Source: Candidatus Krumholzibacteriota bacterium (GTDB taxonomy: Bacteria > Krumholzibacteriota > Krumholzibacteriia > JACNKJ01). Taken from it: 64,000 nt of DNA. Within the stretch, counting starts at the first letter, position 1, and each line of letters begins with the position of its first letter. Made by a program: the position numbers and the translations under genes. Positions 35,593-43,898 of the stretch are shown here, in pieces. The notes beneath the pieces were generated by a model. It was given only the letters and a program-made list of their open reading frames with translations, was not told the origin of the DNA and did not search any database. Where the stretch lies: positions 1,296 through 65,295 of the forward strand of contig JAFGBK010000072.1 in assembly GCA_016933175.1 (NCBI GenBank), in the 5' to 3' direction.

Positions 35593-36828
35593 ATGATCAC
35601 CCGCCTGCGCAAACGCCCCGACCTGCTGCGCATTCTCCTGGCCTGCCTCTTCTTCGGCGCGGCCAGCGGGATCTTCCAGGCCACGCTCAACAACTACCTG
35701 TCCGACGTGCACGGGCTGGGCGCCGAGGCTCGCGGCTGGCTGGAGTTTCCCCGCGAGCTGCCCGGCTTCCTGCTCATGTTCGTGGCGGGGCTCATGCTGA
35801 CGCGCATGCGCGAGAGCCAGATGGCCGCCGTGGCCATGGTGCTGTCGGCCCTGGGCGCCGTGGGGCTCGGCCACCTGTCGCCGGGCATCGGCGCCGTGGT
35901 CTTCTGGATCGTGCTCTGGTCCCTGGGCGACCACATCCTCTTCGCCGTGGACGCCCCCCTGGGCCTCAAGCTGGCCCGCGAGGGGGGCGAGGGCCGGCGC
36001 CTGGGCCAGCTCGGCGGCGCGCGCAACCTGGGCACCATCGCGGGCGTGGGCACGGTCTTCCTGCTGGCGCGCCTGCGCGGCGACGACTTCGGTCTGTTCT
36101 ACCTGATCGGCGGCGCGGCGGCCCTTGCCGCCGGCTGGTTCTATTACCGCCTGCGCCTGGGCCACGGCGACACGCCCAGCCGCCGCCTCGTCTTCCGCCG
36201 GGAGTACAGGCTCTTCTATGCCATCTCCGCCCTGTTCGGCGTGCGCAAGCAGATCTTCCTGGCCTTCGGCACCTGGGTGCTGGTCAGCCTGCACCACGTG
36301 CCCGTCTCCACCATCGCCCTGCTCTACTTCATCGCCTCCACGCTGGGCGTGGTCATGCGTCCCCTGCTGGGGGACGTCATCGACTGGCTGGGCGAGCGCG
36401 TGGTCCTGGCCGTGGACGAGCTGATGCTGCTGGTCGTCTGCCTCAGCTACGCCTTCGCCTCGGACCTGCTGCCTGCGCCCTGGGACCTGTGGTGGCTCTA
36501 CGGCGCCTACGTGCTGGACCTGGTCCTGTTCGGCCTGCGCGTCGCCCGCGTGACCTACCTCAAGAAGATCGCCCGCGACCCGGCCGACATCACGCCCTCG
36601 GTGAGCCTGGGCATCACCATCGACCACGCCGTGGCCATGAGCCTGCCCATCCTGTCGGGCTACATCTGGGTGGCCTGGGGCTACCGCTGGGTCTTCCTGA
36701 TCGCCGGGACCATCGCCCTGGCGGGCTTCTTCCTCTGCCTGCGCATCCGCGTGCCAGCCCGGGCGGCGGCGTGCTATCCTGCCGGCGGGGAGACCGGCGC
36801 CCGGACCTGCGCCGACCCCACGAAATGA
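35593..36828 (+). CDS. MFS transporter
   Basis: 12 predicted TM segments with MFS-like loop motifs. Stop overlaps the archease start. Confidence 0.75.
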   Translation: MITRLRKRPDLLRILLACLFFGAASGIFQATLNNYLSDVHGLGAEARGWLEFPRELPGFLLMFVAGLMLTRMRESQMAAVAMVLSALGAVGLGHLSPGIGAVVFWIVLWSLGDHILFAVDAPLGLKLAREGGEGRRLGQLGGARNLGTIAGVGTVFLLARLRGDDFGLFYLIGGAAALAAGWFYYRLRLGHGDTPSRRLVFRREYRLFYAISALFGVRKQIFLAFGTWVLVSLHHVPVSTIALLYFIASTLGVVMRPLLGDVIDWLGERVVLAVDELMLLVVCLSYAFASDLLPAPWDLWWLYGAYVLDLVLFGLRVARVTYLKKIARDPADITPSVSLGITIDHAVAMSLPILSGYIWVAWGYRWVFLIAGTIALAGFFLCLRIRVPARAAACYPAGGETGARTCADPTK

Positions 36829-37253
36829 CCGATCCCCGGACCCCGAGAGCCTGGACCGAGCCCTTCGGCGCGGATCTCGCCCTGCGCGCCAGCGCCGGCG
36901 ACGTGGCCGGGGCCTTCGCCGCCGCCGCTCTGGCGCTGGGCCGCGTCCTGGCCGGGGGCGAGCGCCGCGCAGCCGCGACGCGCCCCCTGGCCCTGGCGGC
37001 CGGAGACCGGGAGGGTCTGCTGGCGGCCCTGCTGGAGGAGGTCCTCGTCCTGTTCGAGACCGAGGGGCTGCTGCCCGCGGCCGTGGAGATCGCGCGGCTC
37101 ACGGCAACGCGCCTGGAGGGCACGCTGCGCGCGGACCGCTTCGACGCGGCCCGCCACGAGCCGGGCCGGGCCGTCAAGGCCGTCACCTGGCACCGGCTCA
37201 AGGTCCGCGAGGACGCGGCCGGCGCGAGCATCCACGCCGTTCTGGATCTATAG
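36825..37253 (+). CDS. archease (RtcB activator)
   Basis: 142 aa, ATG overlaps the MFS stop. Conserved archease-like C-terminal region (GRAVKAVTWHRLKV). Immediately upstream of rtcB. Confidence 0.75.
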   Translation: MTDPRTPRAWTEPFGADLALRASAGDVAGAFAAAALALGRVLAGGERRAAATRPLALAAGDREGLLAALLEEVLVLFETEGLLPAAVEIARLTATRLEGTLRADRFDAARHEPGRAVKAVTWHRLKVREDAAGASIHAVLDL

Positions 37254-37274
37254 TCGAGGGACGGGAGGGGACCG

Positions 37275-38699
37275 ATGGCCCTGCACGACGCCATGCGCCG
37301 CCTGGACGATGTCCGCCTGGAGCTGCCCGCGGGCAGCGTGGCCGGCCAGCGGGTGCCCGGGCGCCTCTACGCCGACGAGGCCCTCTTCCGCCAGATCCGC
37401 GGCGACGACACCCTGGTGCAGCTCGCCAACGTGGGCACGCTGCCCGGTCTGGTCGACGCCAGCCTGGCCATGCCCGACGCCCACCAGGGCTACGGCTTCC
37501 CCATCGGCGGCGTGGCCGCCTTCGACGTGGAGACGGGCGTGGTCAGCCCCGGCGGCATCGGCTTCGACATCAACTGCGGCGTGCGCCTGCTGGCCGCGGA
37601 CCGCGAGCCCCCGGCGCCCTCGCGCCTGAAGGCCCTCCTGGACGACCTGTTCCGCGCCGTGCCGGCCGGCGTGGGCCGCGGCGGCGCCCTGCGCCTGGAC
37701 CGCAAGGCCATGGACGGCGTCCTGGCCGGCGGCGCCGCCTGGGCCGTCCGGGCCGGGTACGGCACCGAGGCCGACCTGGCCCACATCGAGGCGGGCGGCC
37801 GCCTGGGCCTCGCCGATCCGGGCCAGGTCTCCGAGCGGGCCCGGCAGCGGGGCCGCGACCAGCTCGGCAGCCTCGGCGGCGGCAACCACTTCGTCGAGCT
37901 GCAGGTGGTGGAGGCCGTCTTCGACGAGGCGGCCGCCGCGGCCTTCGGCCTGGCGCCGGGCCAGCTCGTCGTCTCCCTGCACACGGGCAGCCGGGGGCTG
38001 GGCCACCAGGTCTGCGGCGACCACATCCGCATCCTGGACGGGGCCATGCGGACCCACGGCATCCGCGTGCCCGACCGCCAGCTCGCCTGCGCGCCCATCC
38101 GCTCCCGCGAGGGGCGCGCCTATCTGGGCGCCATGGCCGCCGCCGCCAACTTCGCCTTCGCCAACCGGCAGATCCTCACCGCCCTCGCGCGGGACGTCTT
38201 CCGCGGCGCGCTGGGCGGCGCCGGGCTGCGCCTGGTCTACGACGTGGCCCACAACATCGCCCAGTTCGAGGAGCACGGCGGCCGGGAGCTGCTGGTCCAC
38301 CGCAAGGGCGCCACGCGGGCCTTCCCCGCCGGGCGCCGTGAGGTTCCGGCCGACTACGCCGGCGTCGGACAGCCCGTGCTGATTCCCGGCAGCATGGGGA
38401 CGGCCAGCTGGGTCCTGGCCGGCGAGCCGGGCAGCCTCGCCGAGACCTTCGGCTCCTGCTGCCACGGCGCCGGCCGGCGCCTGAGCCGCAAGGCGGCCCT
38501 GAAGGAGAGCCGCGCCGAGGCCGTGGTGGCCGACCTCGAGCGGCGCGGCATCCTCGTGGCGGCCGCCAGCCGCCGCGGCATCTGCGAGGAGAAGCCCGAC
38601 GCCTACAAGGACGTGGATGCCGTCGTCGAGGTGGTGCACCGCGCCGGCCTCGCGCGGAAGGTGGCGAGGCTGCGTCCCCTGGCCGTCATCAAGGGCTAG
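37275..38699 (+). CDS. rtcB: RNA-splicing ligase RtcB
   Basis: Canonical motifs DAHQGYGFPIGGVAA, GFDINCGVR, GGGNHFVELQ, HTGSRGLGHQV and GSCCHGAGR (metal-binding Cys/His). Confidence 0.92.
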   Translation: MALHDAMRRLDDVRLELPAGSVAGQRVPGRLYADEALFRQIRGDDTLVQLANVGTLPGLVDASLAMPDAHQGYGFPIGGVAAFDVETGVVSPGGIGFDINCGVRLLAADREPPAPSRLKALLDDLFRAVPAGVGRGGALRLDRKAMDGVLAGGAAWAVRAGYGTEADLAHIEAGGRLGLADPGQVSERARQRGRDQLGSLGGGNHFVELQVVEAVFDEAAAAAFGLAPGQLVVSLHTGSRGLGHQVCGDHIRILDGAMRTHGIRVPDRQLACAPIRSREGRAYLGAMAAAANFAFANRQILTALARDVFRGALGGAGLRLVYDVAHNIAQFEEHGGRELLVHRKGATRAFPAGRREVPADYAGVGQPVLIPGSMGTASWVLAGEPGSLAETFGSCCHGAGRRLSRKAALKESRAEAVVADLERRGILVAAASRRGICEEKPDAYKDVDAVVEVVHRAGLARKVARLRPLAVIKG

Positions 38700-38898
38700 G
38701 GGCGTCGCCGGGGTTCCATCGACATCAATCCGACATATCGGACGAGTTCAGGCATCGCGTCCAAAAAGGCGACCGCATCGCTGTCGCAAGTCGTTGCCAC
38801 GCAAAGGATCAGCATTTTCCAGCCACTTCCGGCTCGCACGTTCTAGCAGGCGGTTGTAGACTTATCCTCCTTCCGGGACCTGGTCGAAAGGAGCCCGC

Positions 38899-41712
38899 GT
38901 GACTCGTCGCGCAACGCTCGCGACCCTTTTGCTGGTTCTTCTCGTCGAGCCAGCCGCCGCCGCCGACAGCCTCGCGCTGCCGGCGGGTCCCGTTTTGGGA
39001 CCCGACACCCTGTCCGCCGCGCACCGCACCGGCATGGAGGCCGAGCTGTCCCTGCTGCGCGCCGAGCTGGCCATGCGCGGCATGGACTGGCACGCCGGCG
39101 AGACCAGCTTCCTGCGCCTGACCCGCGACGAGCGCGACCGGCGCCTGCTGCGCCGCCCCTGGCCCCAGCCCGTGGCGGCCGCGCGCGGCGCCGGCGGAGA
39201 GCGGGCGCCCGAGGACGCGCCGGCCAGCCTGGACTGGCTCGAGCGCGGACTGGTGACGCCCGTCCGCGACCAGGGCGACTGCGCCGCCGGCTGGGCCTAC
39301 GCGACCACGGCCTGCCTGGAGAGCGCCTTCCTCCTGGCCAGGGGCTTCGCCGGCCTGCCCGACTTCGACCTGTCCGAGGAGCAGCTCCTGACCTGCCTGG
39401 CCCAGTCCGGCTTCGCCGGCGACTGCGACGGCGGCTGGCCCGAGGACGCCCTCTGGTTCGCCACCAGCGTCGGGCTGGTGGAGGAGGGCTGCTGGCCCCG
39501 TGGCGCCGGCCCGCGGCCCTGCGCCGCGCCCTGCGAGGAACCCCTCCGGCGCCGCCACCGCTTCGCCGAATCGGGCATCGTCTGCCGGGCCTTCGACCTG
39601 GAAGCCGTCAAGCGCGCCCTGCGCGAGCGGGGTCCCCTGGTCACCACCATGACCGTGCACGCCGGCTTCGAGGCCTACGCCGGCGGCGTCTACCGTGCCT
39701 GCGGCCCGGTGACGGGCTTCCACGCCCTGCTCCTCGCTGGCTACGACGACATGCGGCGCTGCTTCATCGTCAAGAACAGCTGGGGCGAGGGCTGGGGCCT
39801 GGGCGGCTGGTGCCTCGTCGCCTACGACGCCGGCTGCCAGTTCGGCGACTGGACCGCCTGGGTCCGCTACGATCCAGTCGGGCCCTACGCCGCCATGGCC
39901 GTGGCCGGACCGCTGGCCCTCACGGGCGAGCCCGTGCGCTTCGCGGACCGCTCCCTGCCCGCCGCCGCGCCGATCGTCGAGTGGGAGTGGGACTTCGACG
40001 GCGACGGCCGGCCGGACGCCGCAGGCCCGGGGCCCCACGAGCACGTCTTCCGCGAGCCGGGCTTCATGAGCCCCTCGCTGGTCGTGCGCGACGAGGAGGG
40101 CCGCGAGGACCGGCAGGTCCTGGTCACGGGGCTCGAGGTGATCTTCGACGGACCCGCCTGGGTGGTGGACGCCGAACGGGGCAGCCCCTACGGCGACGGC
40201 AGCCCGGGTGATCCCTTCCTGCGCGTCCAGACGGCCCTGAACGCCGCCGCCGACGGGGACACGATCCTGCTGCGGCCGGGGCGCTACACCGGGGCCATGA
40301 ACAGCGAGCTGGCCGTCCCGGCGGGGCACGTCGTGCTGAGGGGCGGCGGCCCGCCCGAGGATGTGATCCTGGACGGCGAGGGCCGGGCGCGGCTGCTGGT
40401 CCTGGGGCCCGAGGCCGGGGAGATCGAGGTGCGCGGCCTGACGTTCCGGGACGGCTTCCACCCGGAGCGGGGCGGCGCCGTGCTGGTGGAGGGCGCCGCC
40501 CCGCGCTTCGTGGGTTGCCGGTTCGTGGACAACGCCGTGGGCGAGGATCCCGCGGCCGCCGGCGCCGCCGTCTGGTCCGATGGTTCGCCGCGCTTCGAGG
40601 ACTGCAGCTTCACGGGCCAGGCGAGCCTCGGCCCCGGTGGGGCCATCCAGAGCGCAGGCGGCCTGCTGACCCTGGCCGGCTGCGGCTTCGAGGAGAACCG
40701 CAGCGCCACGGCGGGCGGGGCCGTGGCGGCCCTGGCCGGATCCCTGACGGTGCGCGACTGCTTCTTCGAGCGGAACGAGGCGGGCCGTAGCGGCGGGGCG
40801 CTCTACCTGGAGGGCGTGGGCGCGCGGCTGCGCCGCGTGCTCCTGGCCGGCAACCGGGCGGGCACGGCCGACGGGCCCCGAACGGCCGGCGGCGGCGCCC
40901 TGGCGCTCGGCGAGGAGGCGCGCCTGGACCTGGGCAGCAGCATCCTGGCCGGCAACCGGGGGCCGCAGGGCGGCGCCCTGCTGGTGGACGGCGGCGAGGC
41001 GGACCTGGTCCACGCGACCTTCTGGGGCAACACGGCCGGGGAGGCGGGCGGCGCCCTGGCCGCCCTGGCGGGGACGCTGCGCCTGGTCAACAGCATCCTC
41101 TGGGGCGACGCAGCGCCGGCGGACGTCGAGATGCACGCGGCACCCGGCGCGGTATCGGCGCGCCACTGCCTGGTGGCCGGCGGCTGGCCGGGGACGGACA
41201 TCCTCGACGCCGATCCCCTCTTCGCCGATCCCTACGGCGGCAACTTCCACCTGGACGAGCAGAGCCCCTGCCTGGGCGCCGGCGATCCCGCCGCCGGGGC
41301 GGGCCGCGACTACGACGGCCTGCTCCGGCCGCGTCCGCCCCTGAGCGCGCCCGACCTGGGCGCCAGCGAGTCGCCCCTGGGCGACAGTCCCGCCTTCTCT
41401 CAGGCGACGGCGCCCGCGAGCCTGCGCTTCCTGGGCGTCTATCCCAATCCCTTCAATCCCACGGCCACCTTCTCCTTCGTCCTGCCGGAGCTGGCGGACG
41501 TGAGCGTGCTGGTCTACCTGCCCTCGGGCCGCCTCGTGGCCGCGCTGGCCGAGCGCGAGCCCATGACCGCGGGGTCCCACTCCGTCTCCTGGACCGCCCA
41601 CGACGCGGGCGGCCAGCCCCTGGCCAGCGGCCTCTTCCTGGTGCGCGTGGACGCGCGCTACGCCGACGGCCGCCAGGAGTCGGAGATCCACAAGGCCATG
41701 CTCATCAAGTGA
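38899..41712 (+). CDS. secreted papain-family (C1) cysteine protease with PKD-like domain, right-handed beta-helix repeats and T9SS-type C-terminal sorting domain
   Basis: GAAAGGAG RBS and signal peptide. QGDCAAGWAYAT (catalytic Cys), FHALLLAGYDD (His) and VKNSWGEGWG (Asn/Trp) motifs. Gly-rich beta-helix repeats. C-terminal YPNPFNPTATFSFVLPE...GLFLVRVDA...KAMLIK. Confidence 0.85.
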   Translation: MTRRATLATLLLVLLVEPAAAADSLALPAGPVLGPDTLSAAHRTGMEAELSLLRAELAMRGMDWHAGETSFLRLTRDERDRRLLRRPWPQPVAAARGAGGERAPEDAPASLDWLERGLVTPVRDQGDCAAGWAYATTACLESAFLLARGFAGLPDFDLSEEQLLTCLAQSGFAGDCDGGWPEDALWFATSVGLVEEGCWPRGAGPRPCAAPCEEPLRRRHRFAESGIVCRAFDLEAVKRALRERGPLVTTMTVHAGFEAYAGGVYRACGPVTGFHALLLAGYDDMRRCFIVKNSWGEGWGLGGWCLVAYDAGCQFGDWTAWVRYDPVGPYAAMAVAGPLALTGEPVRFADRSLPAAAPIVEWEWDFDGDGRPDAAGPGPHEHVFREPGFMSPSLVVRDEEGREDRQVLVTGLEVIFDGPAWVVDAERGSPYGDGSPGDPFLRVQTALNAAADGDTILLRPGRYTGAMNSELAVPAGHVVLRGGGPPEDVILDGEGRARLLVLGPEAGEIEVRGLTFRDGFHPERGGAVLVEGAAPRFVGCRFVDNAVGEDPAAAGAAVWSDGSPRFEDCSFTGQASLGPGGAIQSAGGLLTLAGCGFEENRSATAGGAVAALAGSLTVRDCFFERNEAGRSGGALYLEGVGARLRRVLLAGNRAGTADGPRTAGGGALALGEEARLDLGSSILAGNRGPQGGALLVDGGEADLVHATFWGNTAGEAGGALAALAGTLRLVNSILWGDAAPADVEMHAAPGAVSARHCLVAGGWPGTDILDADPLFADPYGGNFHLDEQSPCLGAGDPAAGAGRDYDGLLRPRPPLSAPDLGASESPLGDSPAFSQATAPASLRFLGVYPNPFNPTATFSFVLPELADVSVLVYLPSGRLVAALAEREPMTAGSHSVSWTAHDAGGQPLASGLFLVRVDARYADGRQESEIHKAMLIK

Positions 41713-41797
41713 TCGTCATCGCCGCCGGCGCGCCGGCCGCGCCCGCGGGTCGGTCCGGGCGGGAGCCGCCTCGGCGTCGCGGCCCGGGCGGGCCGCG

Positions 41798-42571
41798 CTA
41801 GGGATCGTTCCGGGCCTCGCCCGTCATGGGGACGAAGCGGACCGGGATGATGTCCTCGATGTCGAAGACCGCCTGCCGCGTCTTCCGATCGATGCGCTTG
41901 GTGTACACCTGCAGCCACTGGCTGCGCTCCCCCACGGGGATCACGAGGCGCCCGCCCGGCGCCAGCTGCTCGAGCAGAGGCCGGGGCACGTGGCCCGGCG
42001 CGGCGGTGACGATGATCCCGTCGAAGGGCGCCGCTTCCGGCCAGCCACGGTAGCCGTCGCCGATGCGCACCGAGATGTTGTCGTAGCCCAGGCGTTTCAG
42101 CAGGCCGTCCGCGCGGCGGCCCAGCGCCGGCACGATCTCTATGGAATAGACCTCGCGGCAGAGCTCCGCCAGCACGGCGGCCTGGTAGCCCGAGCCCGTG
42201 CCGATCTCCAGCACCCGGCTCGCCGGCCCGGCCCGCAGCAGCTCGCTCATGAGGGCCACGATGTAGGGCTGGGAGATGGTCTGCCCCTCACCGATGGGCA
42301 GGGGATGGTCGCCGTAGGCCCGCTCGCGGTGTGGCTCCGGGACGAACAGGTGCCGCGGGACACGGCGCATGGCGTCCAGCACGGCCGGATCGGCGACGCC
42401 CCGGGCCGCGATCTGGCGCTCCACCATGGCGAGTCGCTGGACGCGCCACACGGCGTCGTCGTCGCCGGCCGGGGGCTCGTCCCCCTGGCAGGCGGCGAGC
42501 ACCAGGCCGCTCAGCGCGACACAGAAACCCACCGTTGCGACGATTCTCGCCACCGCGCCTCCTCGCACCAT
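41798..42571 (-). CDS. pcm: protein-L-isoaspartate O-methyltransferase, lipoprotein/periplasmic form
   Basis: N-terminal lipobox-like LVLAACQ, then RRVPRHLFVP, GEGQTISQPYIVALM, VLEIGTGSGYQAAVLAEL. Start at 42571 by frame arithmetic. Confidence 0.85.
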   Translation of the reverse strand: MVRGGAVARIVATVGFCVALSGLVLAACQGDEPPAGDDDAVWRVQRLAMVERQIAARGVADPAVLDAMRRVPRHLFVPEPHRERAYGDHPLPIGEGQTISQPYIVALMSELLRAGPASRVLEIGTGSGYQAAVLAELCREVYSIEIVPALGRRADGLLKRLGYDNISVRIGDGYRGWPEAAPFDGIIVTAAPGHVPRPLLEQLAPGGRLVIPVGERSQWLQVYTKRIDRKTRQAVFDIEDIIPVRFVPMTGEARNDP

Positions 42572-42643
42572 GAGGATTCTAGCGCAGGGCCGCCGATCGC
42601 GCGCGGGAAGAGCCGGGACGGCGGGCGCCGGTCCGCGGCGGCC

Positions 42644-42678
42644 AGAACAGAAAAACCCCCTCCCGGAACAGAAGGGGG
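42644..42678 (-). terminator. rho-independent terminator (minus strand)
   Basis: Minus-strand CCCCCTTC-tgttcc-GGGAGGGGG (8-bp stem with one G-U) followed by TTTTTCTGTTCTG. Confidence 0.45.
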
Positions 42679-43115
42679 CCGGAGGTCGGAGCCGCTGCCC
42701 TAGCCATCCCCGAATCGTGCCGGATCCGCCAGGCCGGCCTCGCCGGAGTCGCTGACATCCCTGTCGCTCGGCCGCGCCGCCCGGGGCGGCGCCGGGGCGC
42801 GAACCCCTCGATCCAGAACTGGAAGGATGATGCCTGCTCCCGCGGGCTTCTCCCTCAACCACAACCAAAAGGAAAGTCAGCGGGCCAGACGTCTCCGCGA
42901 TGGCAACGGCCATGCCACGGCGGCGGGGGAGGGAGGCCGCGCCGGAGCGCACGCGCAATCCCATGCGGGACAGGGCATTGTCGCCCGCTCCCGGCGGATC
43001 GTCGCCGGCGCTCCGGCGGGCCGTAAGGCGGGGCCGACGCGCCGGGGCCGAGCGGGGCCCGCACCGCGCGGAAACTGGCCGTGGCCTGACAGGAAACCCG
43101 CCGCCTCGCGGAACG

Positions 43116-43766
43116 TCAGTCGTCCGGGGAAGGGGACTCGGCGCGGCCCCGCATGGGAACGAAGCGGACGGGAATGAGGGACTCGCGATGATAGTCGTCG
43201 CCCTCGCGGCGAACGAGAACCAGGTCCTGGACGGACAGGCCCACGGGCGCCACGAGGCGTCCCCCGTCGGCGAGCTGCTCCAGCAGGGGGTGGGGCACGT
43301 CCAGGGGCGCCGCGGTGACGAGAACGGCCTGGAAGGGCGCGGCCTCGGGCCAGCCCGTCCAGCCATCGCCCACGCGCAGGTGGACGCCGCCCGCGCAGCC
43401 CGCTTCCCGCAGGTTCGCCGCCGCCTGGCGGGACAGCTCGGCGGCGATCTCCACGGACCAGACCTCCACGCCCATGGCCGCCAGCACGGCTGCCTGGTAG
43501 CCCGATCCCGTCCCGATCTCCAGGGCGCGATCGCCGGAGTCCAGGCGCGCGCATTCGCTCATTAGGGCGACGATGTAGGGCTGGCTGATGGTCTGCTCGG
43601 GGCCGATGGGCAGGGGGCAGTCGTCGTAGGCGAATCGCTGCTGGCCGGCCGGCACGAACCGGTGCCGCGGCACGGCGCCCATGGCGGCCAGGACGCGCTC
43701 GTCGCGGATGCCGCGCGGAACGAGCTGGCGCTGGACCATGCGTTCCCGTTCTTTAGCGAAATCCAT
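43116..43766 (-). CDS. pcm: protein-L-isoaspartate O-methyltransferase, cytoplasmic form
   Basis: AVPRHRFVP, PEQTISQPYIVALM, ALEIGTGSGYQAAVLAAM. No signal peptide. Confidence 0.9.
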   Translation of the reverse strand: MDFAKERERMVQRQLVPRGIRDERVLAAMGAVPRHRFVPAGQQRFAYDDCPLPIGPEQTISQPYIVALMSECARLDSGDRALEIGTGSGYQAAVLAAMGVEVWSVEIAAELSRQAAANLREAGCAGGVHLRVGDGWTGWPEAAPFQAVLVTAAPLDVPHPLLEQLADGGRLVAPVGLSVQDLVLVRREGDDYHRESLIPVRFVPMRGRAESPSPDD

Positions 43767-43829
43767 GAGACATCTCCGAAGAAAGCCGGCAAGGTTTTGA
43801 TACGTAAGGGCTTTCGCTCCGCGGGGGGT

Positions 43830-43858
43830 TTGACCCGCGGCGCCGCTTCGAGTAACTT
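43830..43858 (+). promoter_or_regulatory. candidate sigma-70 promoter for the ABC importer operon
   Basis: TTGACC-17nt-TAACTT ~40 nt upstream of the AGGAGG RBS. Confidence 0.35.
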
Positions 43859-43898
43859 GTGACAGTCCGTTAAGACCTTAGCAGGAGGTGCATCCCAA

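Noticed and set aside
42780-42815. tRNA/tmRNA-like T-arm (minus strand GGGG-TTCGCGC-CCCC) and a GGAAAGTC motif at 42866-42874 resembling the RNase P P4 region.
   Set aside because: There is no acceptor stem, D-arm or anticodon arm with proper spacing. No tmRNA tag ORF or 5' GGGG...ACCA pairing was found. The RNase P universally conserved GGUAAGAGCGCACC and ACAGAAACCCGGCUUA blocks are absent. It is kept only as part of the generic ncRNA-candidate spacer.
41798-43366. 522-aa ORF extending pcm1 upstream through the spacer.
   Set aside because: The extension reads through an intrinsic terminator hairpin and is compositionally junk. A signal peptide begins right after the ATG at 42571, so the short form was chosen.
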